Source: an uncultured bacterium (GTDB taxonomy: Bacteria; Krumholzibacteriota; Krumholzibacteriia; Krumholzibacteriales; Krumholzibacteriaceae). Taken from it: DNA of 64,000 nt. Below are positions 57,841 to 64,000 of the stretch, piece by piece; within the stretch, counting starts at the first letter, position 1, and every line of letters starts with the position of its first letter. The notes below the pieces were generated by a model. It ran no database searches. It was not told where the DNA came from and saw nothing but the letters and a program-made list of their open reading frames with translations. The stretch is from NCBI GenBank assembly GCA_963747385.1, contig CAVVEY010000007.1, positions 457,050 through 521,049 of the forward strand, read 5' to 3'. Made by a program: the position numbers and the translations under genes.

Positions 57841-58704
57841 TCAATGATCCTGACGAAGCACCCCACCCCACTTGAGCTTTCGCCGCACGATATCGTAGAA
57901 ACTGTATCCGTCGGTGACGATGAGCTTCGTCGCGACGGAATACCTGCTGAACACCATGGTATCCCCCTTCCCGACGACGCACGATTGCTGGCCGTCGATC
58001 GTGAGAAGCGTTTCCTGCGCCTCCTCGACGATCGCGACGCAAACCGTCTCCCGGGCGCTCACGACGATCGGCCGCACGGAAAGGGAATGCGGACAGAGCG
58101 GCGTGATGACGAACGCCTCGACGCTCGTCGGATTCACGATGGGCCCGCCCGCCGCGAGGGAATAGGCGGTCGAGCCCGTCGGCGTCGAAACGATCACGCC
58201 GTCGGCCAGGTATTCGCCGAGCACGGCTCCGTTGATCGTCGTCTCGAGATGAAGCACGCGCGACACGCCGACGCCGTGCACGACCGCGTCGTTAAGCGCC
58301 GAGTATCTGCGCGGCGCGCCTCCGCCTCCCTCGCAGACGATCGAGAGCCGCAGCCGATCCTGTATCGAATAGCGTCCCGCGAACAGGTCTCCGATCGCGC
58401 GCCGCGGATCGTCTTCCGCGAGAAATCCCAGGCTTCGAATCTTGATGCCGAGAAGCGGTATTTCCTCGTCGGCCACCATGCGGGCCGCCACGAGAAGCGT
58501 GCCGTCTCCGCCGAGCGCGAGGACCGCATCGCATCCGCTCAGGCTTTCGACGCGCCGCACGGCGCCCGCGGGCGCCAGGCTCGCCGCTTCCTCGAGCCCG
58601 CATACCGCGACGTCCCCGGGGACGAGTCCGAGCACGGTCTTCACGACGTCACGGATCTCTTTTTTCCTCGCGTTCGCGACAAGTCCCAGTCTCGAAATCT
58701 TCAT
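57841..58704 (-). CDS. nadK: NAD kinase
   Basis: 287-aa ORF with the GGDGTLL motif and NDAVV, TPTGSTAYSLAAGGP. Confidence 0.95.
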   Translation of the reverse strand: MKISRLGLVANARKKEIRDVVKTVLGLVPGDVAVCGLEEAASLAPAGAVRRVESLSGCDAVLALGGDGTLLVAARMVADEEIPLLGIKIRSLGFLAEDDPRRAIGDLFAGRYSIQDRLRLSIVCEGGGGAPRRYSALNDAVVHGVGVSRVLHLETTINGAVLGEYLADGVIVSTPTGSTAYSLAAGGPIVNPTSVEAFVITPLCPHSLSVRPIVVSARETVCVAIVEEAQETLLTIDGQQSCVVGKGDTMVFSRYSVATKLIVTDGYSFYDIVRRKLKWGGVLRQDH

Positions 58705-60614
58705 CGACTTCCTCCCTGACCCGTTTGCGCGCGGGAACGGACGAAGCCCGCGACCTCCGCGGCCACCGCCTCAGCGGAGATACCGATTTCTTCCAGAAGC
58801 TCGTTGCGGCTCCCGTGCGGCACGAAACGATCCGGCAGCCCGATTTTCACGACTCGAGTTCCCGGCGAGCTCTCCGAGTAGAATCCGAGGATCGCGTCGC
58901 CGAATCCGCCCGAACGCGCGTTCTCCTCGAGCGCGAAGACGATCGTCGAATCCTCCCCGGCCAGGGACATCAGGAGATCGGCATCGAGCGGTTTGATGAA
59001 TTTCGCGTCGATCACCGATACCGTTATCCCCGAATGCGAGAGAATCTCCGCCGCCGCCAGGGCCGTCGCCACCATCGATCCCACCGCGACGAGCGCCGCG
59101 TCGGCGCCGCGGCGCAGCACCTCTCCCTTTCCGATCGGAACGGGGGTCCGCTGGGGGGAACAGGGCCCCACGACCGCCGTTCCCCGCGGAAAGCGGATCG
59201 CGATCGGGCCCTCCTCGTAATCGAGCGCGGCGAGCATCATGCGCCGGAGCTCCTCGTCGTCCCGCGGCGCCATCACCACCATTCCCGGAACGAGGCGCAG
59301 GTAGCTCAGATCGAAAGCGCCGTGGTGCGTCGGCCCGTCCTCTCCGACGATCCCGGCTCGATCGATAATGAAACGCACGCCGAGGCGCTGCAACGCGACG
59401 TCGTGGATGATCTGATCGAAACCTCGCTGGAGAAACGTCGAATAGATGGCCACAAACGGCTTGAGGCCGGATCGCGCGAGCCCCGCCGCGAAAGTGACGG
59501 CATGCTGCTCCGCGATTCCGACGTCGAAGAACCGTTCGGGGAACGCGCACGCGAACGGAGCGAGCCCCGTCCCCTCCGTCATCGCGGCGGTGATCGCGAC
59601 GACTTTTCGGTCCCTCCCGGCGAGCTCGACGAGCGACTCGCCGAATATCTCGCTGTAGGTCGGACGGGTCCCGTTGCTCTTCGAGTTCCCCGTCGCTTTG
59701 TAGAAACTCCCGATTCCGTGAAACTTCTCCGCATTCTCTTCGGCGAAACAATATCCCTTTCCCTTCCTCGTCATGACGTGAACGAGAACGGGGCCGGGAA
59801 CGTCGCGGATCTGCGAGAAGGCCGAGACGAGCTGGGCCAGATCGTGGCCGTCGAGCGGGCCGAAATAGCGGAACCCGAGCTCCTCGAAAAGAATCGTCGG
59901 AACGATGAGATTCTTGATGCTCTCTTTCATGCGGCGGGCGACCTTGCGCGCCCTGAGACCGTACCGCGGCACTTTCCCCAGAAGCTCCCAGACGTCGGCC
60001 TCGAACTGCAGGTAGACCTTTTTCGTCGTGATTCTCGTCAGATACCGGGCGAGCGCCCCTACGTTCTTCGAGATCGACATCTCGTTGTCGTTGAGGATGA
60101 TGATGAAACGATTCTTCTTGAGGTGTCCCGCCTGATTGATCCCTTCGAAAGAGAGGCCTCCCGATATCGCGCCGTCGCCGACAACCGAGATGACATAATG
60201 ATCCTCGCCGAGAAGATCGCGCGAAACAGCCATGCCGAGCCCCGCCGATATCGACGTGCTCGCGTGTCCGACGCCGAAGGCGTCGTGCTCGCTTTCGGCC
60301 GTATTCGGGAATCCGCTGAGCCCTTCCCGCATCCGCAAGCTCCTGAAGGCCTCTCTTCGCCCGGTCAGAATCTTGTGGGCGTAGCTCTGGTGTCCCACGT
60401 CCCATAGAATCTTGTCCCGGGGCGAATCGAAGACGTAATGGACGGCGAGCGCGATCTCGACGGCCCCGAGGCTCGACGCGAGATGTCCGCCTCGCGCGGA
60501 CACGACTTCGATGATGTATTGACGGAGCTCGTCGCTCAACGCGACGAGCTCTTCGGTCGAGAGCGCCTTGAGATCCCCGGGAGTTTGTATCGTATCGAGA
60601 AGAGCCATAGACAT
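58701..60614 (-). CDS. dxs: 1-deoxy-D-xylulose-5-phosphate synthase
   Basis: 637-aa ORF with GGHLASSLG, the ThDP motif GDGAISGG...NDN and DGPTHHG. Confidence 0.95.
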   Translation of the reverse strand: MSMALLDTIQTPGDLKALSTEELVALSDELRQYIIEVVSARGGHLASSLGAVEIALAVHYVFDSPRDKILWDVGHQSYAHKILTGRREAFRSLRMREGLSGFPNTAESEHDAFGVGHASTSISAGLGMAVSRDLLGEDHYVISVVGDGAISGGLSFEGINQAGHLKKNRFIIILNDNEMSISKNVGALARYLTRITTKKVYLQFEADVWELLGKVPRYGLRARKVARRMKESIKNLIVPTILFEELGFRYFGPLDGHDLAQLVSAFSQIRDVPGPVLVHVMTRKGKGYCFAEENAEKFHGIGSFYKATGNSKSNGTRPTYSEIFGESLVELAGRDRKVVAITAAMTEGTGLAPFACAFPERFFDVGIAEQHAVTFAAGLARSGLKPFVAIYSTFLQRGFDQIIHDVALQRLGVRFIIDRAGIVGEDGPTHHGAFDLSYLRLVPGMVVMAPRDDEELRRMMLAALDYEEGPIAIRFPRGTAVVGPCSPQRTPVPIGKGEVLRRGADAALVAVGSMVATALAAAEILSHSGITVSVIDAKFIKPLDADLLMSLAGEDSTIVFALEENARSGGFGDAILGFYSESSPGTRVVKIGLPDRFVPHGSRNELLEEIGISAEAVAAEVAGFVRSRAQTGQGGSR

Positions 60615-60623
60615 CGTCCGATC

Positions 60624-61061
60624 CTAGAGGAGACAATATGCGCCGATGATCCCGAGAGCGGTTCCCGACAGGACGTCGAGCGGTTTGAAACGGAGCGTCC
60701 GCAACTCCCCGTCTTCCGCGATATCCTGATAGCTCTCGTCGCTCGAGATGATCCTGTTGAGAACGTTCGTTTGCTTCACCTTCTCGCCCTTGAGCCGCAT
60801 CGTGTCGTGTATGATGATGACGCTGTAAGCGGCGACGACGGAAAAGAGAATCGACGAAAAACCGTACTTGATCCCGACGCTCATCGAAAGAGAGCTGAAG
60901 ACGGCCGAATGCAGATTCGGCATTCCGTCCGCCTGCGTCACCGCGTCAAACTTGAATCTTCTCCCCGCGACACTGTGCAGAATCAACTTGATACCTTGAA
61001 CCGCCAGCCCGCATATCACGGGGATGAGAAAGATCTGTCTGTAGAGCATTTCTTTGAGCAT
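60624..61061 (-). CDS. Divergent PAP2 family membrane protein (DUF212)
   Basis: 145-aa ORF with 3-4 TM helices and DGMPNLHSAVFSSL, resembling the GGMPSSHSA motif of this family. Confidence 0.65.
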   Translation of the reverse strand: MLKEMLYRQIFLIPVICGLAVQGIKLILHSVAGRRFKFDAVTQADGMPNLHSAVFSSLSMSVGIKYGFSSILFSVVAAYSVIIIHDTMRLKGEKVKQTNVLNRIISSDESYQDIAEDGELRTLRFKPLDVLSGTALGIIGAYCLL

Positions 61062-61062
61062 T

Positions 61063-61950
61063 TCAGGATGAGCGCTCGACGATCAGTGAAAATATATACC
61101 GCAGGTACCCGTCATCGCCGAGAACTTCCATCGCGCGCACCCCGTCGGCGATCAGCCGGCCTGCGGTTTCGCGGGATACATCGATGCCGAAGTGCGCCGG
61201 ATACGTAATTTTCTTCCTTTTCTCGTCCTTGCGCAAGGCTTTTCCTGCCTTCTCCGCGCTTCCCTCGAGATCGAGGATATCGTCGATTATCTGGAACGCG
61301 AACCCGGCTGAGCGGCCTATCCCGTGCATCTCCATGATTCTGTTCTTTTCGGCTCCCGCGAGCGCCGCCCCGATCGAGAGGGAAGCCCCGATGAGCTCCG
61401 CGGTCTTCCGGGAATGGATGAAGCGCACACGCTCCTCCGTCGGTTCCGATCCTTCCCCCTCGAGATCGGCGACCTGCCCCCCGACGAGGCAGCGCGACCC
61501 CGCCGCGCGAGAGAGAATACGAACCGATTCCAGAACGTGGTCGGCGGGGGCGTCGCAGCGGGCCAGTATCTCGAATGCGAGGGTCAGGAGGGCGTCTCCG
61601 GCGAGAATCGCGACCGCCTCGCCGTACGCCTTGTGGCAGGACGGCTTCCCTCTCCGCAGATCGTCGTTGTCGAGAGCCGGGAGATCGTCATGAATGAGCG
61701 TGTACGCGTGCAGGCATTCGATCGCGCATCCCGCCTGCAGGGCCGCCTCGCGGCGAGGATCGCCGCAGAGCCGGTGGCCGGCCATGCAGAGGATCGCCCG
61801 AAGACGCTTCCCGCCGCCGATCGTCGCGTACCGCATCGCGCCGTGAAGCGATACGGGCTCCTCGTCCGCGCGCGGGAGAAGCGCCGCCAGCATCTCGTTG
61901 ACCGCGCGCCTGTCGTCCGCGATCCGCGTTCCGAAGCCGGCTTCCTTCAT
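61063..61950 (-). CDS. ispA: (2E,6E)-farnesyl diphosphate synthase / polyprenyl synthetase
   Basis: 295-aa ORF with first and second Asp-rich motifs (LIHDDLPALDNDDLRRG, FQIIDDILD). It sits in the xseB-ispA-dxs arrangement. Confidence 0.9.
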   Translation of the reverse strand: MKEAGFGTRIADDRRAVNEMLAALLPRADEEPVSLHGAMRYATIGGGKRLRAILCMAGHRLCGDPRREAALQAGCAIECLHAYTLIHDDLPALDNDDLRRGKPSCHKAYGEAVAILAGDALLTLAFEILARCDAPADHVLESVRILSRAAGSRCLVGGQVADLEGEGSEPTEERVRFIHSRKTAELIGASLSIGAALAGAEKNRIMEMHGIGRSAGFAFQIIDDILDLEGSAEKAGKALRKDEKRKKITYPAHFGIDVSRETAGRLIADGVRAMEVLGDDGYLRYIFSLIVERSS

Positions 61951-61951
61951 G

Positions 61952-62170
61952 CTACTCCTCCCCTTCCCCTTCCTGCCCGGCTATCTCCTCGGTGAGCCGT
62001 TTCATCCGCTGTTCCGCCTCCAGCACGATGCCCTTGCAGAGCGTTCCGAGCCTCATCCCCTCCTCGTACAGCTTCATGCTCTCCTCGAGGGGAACGTCTC
62101 CGTCCTCGAGTTGCTTCACGATCTCGTTGAGCCTGCCCAACGCATCCTCAAAGCTTATTTTTTTCGCCAT
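61952..62170 (-). CDS. xseB: Exodeoxyribonuclease VII small subunit
   Basis: 72-aa product ([38 protein letters not shown]) at the 3' end of track ORF 61952..62539. Confidence 0.9.
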   Translation of the reverse strand: MAKKISFEDALGRLNEIVKQLEDGDVPLEESMKLYEEGMRLGTLCKGIVLEAEQRMKRLTEEIAGQEGEGEE

Positions 62171-63612
62171 GGCCTTCCTTTCTTCTTCTCCCGCACCGAG
62201 CAGAGAACCCCGCCGTCGTAGAAGTGAACCGTGAGCTCGTCCCCGCGGGAGATTTCTTCCGCGCGCGGGATCACCCGCGCCCCGCGGCCGGCCGTGCAAA
62301 ACGAATAGCCGCGCCTGAGCACGCCTCGAGGATCGAGCTCCGCAAGGGCGCCGAGCCTTCCGGCGATCTCCTTCCTTCTGAGCAGCAGATCTCCGCTCAG
62401 CCGCATCGACATCACGCGCATCCCGTGATCGATCGATCCGGCCGCCAGTCGCATCCCTTCGCACGGGTTCCTTCGCGCGAGCCTGTCGAGCGTCGAATCG
62501 AGCGAAGTCCGCGATCGTCCGACGCGTCCGTCGATCCACCTCGTCAGAATCGCGACCGACTCATCGAGCGACCGCGCGAAGGCGAGGTTTCTCGTCCGCC
62601 GCCAGTCCGAGACCCTCTCGAGCAAATCGTCGATCTCGAGCTCTGCGCGCTCCATCCTGTGCCCGATCGACGGAAACGCCGAACTTCTCACGAGGTACTC
62701 GACGAGATGCCGCCTGTTGGCGAGCGATGAAGCTTCGATGGTTGAAATCCGCCGGAGCGAATCGTCGAGCGCGCGCCTGACCTCGCCGACGAGGGGTGTC
62801 GCAAGCTCGGCGGCCGCCGTCGGAGTCGCCGCGCGCACGTCCGAGACGTGATCCGCCATCGTCGTGTCGATTTCGTGCCCGATCCCCGTGATGACCGGAT
62901 GTGACGAGGCGGCCACGGCGCGCGCGACCTCCTCGCTGTTGAAGCCCCAGAGGTCCTCGACGCTCCCGCCCCCGCGCGCCAGGATAACGGTATCGATATC
63001 CTCGACGCCGTTCGTGATCTCGAACGCCCGAACCAGGGATCGGATCGCCCCGGCACCCTGCACCTCCGCCCGGACGCGAACGATCTCGGCGACGGGCCAT
63101 CTCCGGCGAATCGTATCGACGACGTCTCTGATCACGGCGCCGGTCGGCGACGTGATAACCGCGATCTTCGCGGGGTAGCGCGGGATCGGCCGCTTGCGAT
63201 CGGCCGCGGTGAGCCCTTCGTCCATGAGCCGCTTGAGCAGGCGCCTGAATTCGAGCTCCATGTTCCCGCGCCCGGCGGGGATGAGGTCGGTCGCGATGAG
63301 CTGCGTCTGACCCGAGCCGCCGAAATGAGAGATGCGTCCCGGCGCGATGACGAGCATTCCGTTCGCGGGAACGATCGAGACTCGTTCAGCGTACCGGCGA
63401 AACAACACCGCGTGGATCATGCTTGCGTTGTCGCGAAGGGTGAAATAGGCGTGCCCGGACGTATGGAGCTTGAAATTCGCGATTTCCCCGATGACGTTCA
63501 GGCGCGGAAACTCCGACTCGAGATGCTGTCTGACGGCCTCGCTGATCTCCGTTACCGTGTAGAGATCCCGGCGCTCGTCGCCGAGCGGGTCGTTCCCGGA
63601 GCTATCCATCAT
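62155..63612 (-). CDS. xseA: Exodeoxyribonuclease VII large subunit
   Basis: 485-aa ORF with an OB-fold N-terminus ([44 protein letters not shown]) and the catalytic region [14 protein letters not shown]. Confidence 0.9.
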   Translation of the reverse strand: MMDSSGNDPLGDERRDLYTVTEISEAVRQHLESEFPRLNVIGEIANFKLHTSGHAYFTLRDNASMIHAVLFRRYAERVSIVPANGMLVIAPGRISHFGGSGQTQLIATDLIPAGRGNMELEFRRLLKRLMDEGLTAADRKRPIPRYPAKIAVITSPTGAVIRDVVDTIRRRWPVAEIVRVRAEVQGAGAIRSLVRAFEITNGVEDIDTVILARGGGSVEDLWGFNSEEVARAVAASSHPVITGIGHEIDTTMADHVSDVRAATPTAAAELATPLVGEVRRALDDSLRRISTIEASSLANRRHLVEYLVRSSAFPSIGHRMERAELEIDDLLERVSDWRRTRNLAFARSLDESVAILTRWIDGRVGRSRTSLDSTLDRLARRNPCEGMRLAAGSIDHGMRVMSMRLSGDLLLRRKEIAGRLGALAELDPRGVLRRGYSFCTAGRGARVIPRAEEISRGDELTVHFYDGGVLCSVREKKKGRPWRKK

Positions 63613-64000
63613 CCCGCACTCCGTGCGCCCATCGTGCGGCCTGGAGCGTGTTTCGCATGAGCATCGCGACGGTCATGGGCCCCACGCCGCCCGGAACGGG
63701 CGTAATGAGCGAAACCTTCCGGTATGCCGATTCGAAATCGACGTCCCCGGTGAGACGATACCCCTTCTTCGCGGCGGCGTCGGCAACACGATTCATCCCG
63801 ACGTCGATAACCACCGCGCCCTCGCGGATCATGTCTCCGCCGATCGCGTGCGCCCTGCCGATGGCGGCGACGAGTATATCGGCTTCCCGCGTGACCGATC
63901 CGAGATCGCGCGTCAGTGAATGGCACATCGTGACCGTGGCGTTTCCGTTTGCCGCTTTCCGCGAAAGAAGCAACGCGACGGGCTTCCCGACGAGAATGCT
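63602..64000 (-). CDS. folD: Bifunctional methylenetetrahydrofolate dehydrogenase/cyclohydrolase FolD, C-terminal part (5' end outside the window)
   Basis: The frame of track ORF 63602..63973 stays open to base 64000 (...[45 protein letters not shown]). Confidence 0.9.
   Translation of the reverse strand, partial: SILVGKPVALLLSRKAANGNATVTMCHSLTRDLGSVTREADILVAAIGRAHAIGGDMIREGAVVIDVGMNRVADAAAKKGYRLTGDVDFESAYRKVSLITPVPGGVGPMTVAMLMRNTLQAARWAHGVRDDG

Overview
This 64-kb window is a GC-rich chromosomal segment made almost entirely of housekeeping genes. It probably comes from an uncultured diderm bacterium: LptE-like, LpxL-like and Wza-like genes are present, and one peptidase carries a T9SS/FlgD-Ig-like C-terminal domain. 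I can support 57 protein-coding genes, 5 tRNAs (Gly-CCC, Pro-GGG, Pro-CGG, Arg-CCT, Arg-CCG), 4 rho-independent terminators and a few promoter candidates. Several gene orders match well-known conserved clusters: xerD-scpA-scpB, cmk-ispH-rpsA, der-plsY-gpsA, surE-pcm-nlpD-rpoS, lptE-holA, nadK-recN and xseA-xseB-ispA-dxs. I found no CRISPR array, transposase, phage integrase (other than the chromosomal Xer recombinase), toxin-antitoxin pair or recognisable defence system, and I cannot point to a convincing novel multi-gene system. The observations most worth a second look are these. (1) Fourteen single-base insertions (+1 frame shifts) occur only in uvrC, miaB, mutS, a multi-GAF gene, mutL and miaA, and one -1 shift lies in a G-run of leuS. 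I think this is most likely an assembly or polishing artefact, but the affected genes are functionally non-random. (2) A near-consensus sigma-54 promoter sits in front of a GAF-GGDEF gene that heads a polysaccharide-export operon. The priming sugar transferase and a histidine kinase / NtrC-type activator pair follow on the same strand. (3) An in-frame cmk-plsC fusion may be real or may come from the same insertion error. (4) About 730 bp after tRNA-Arg(CCT) has no credible CDS. (5) An orphan secreted protein has its own promoter and terminator. Many long ORFs in the six-frame track (up to 1486 aa) are antisense or out-of-frame shadows of real genes, as expected in GC-rich DNA, and I rejected them.
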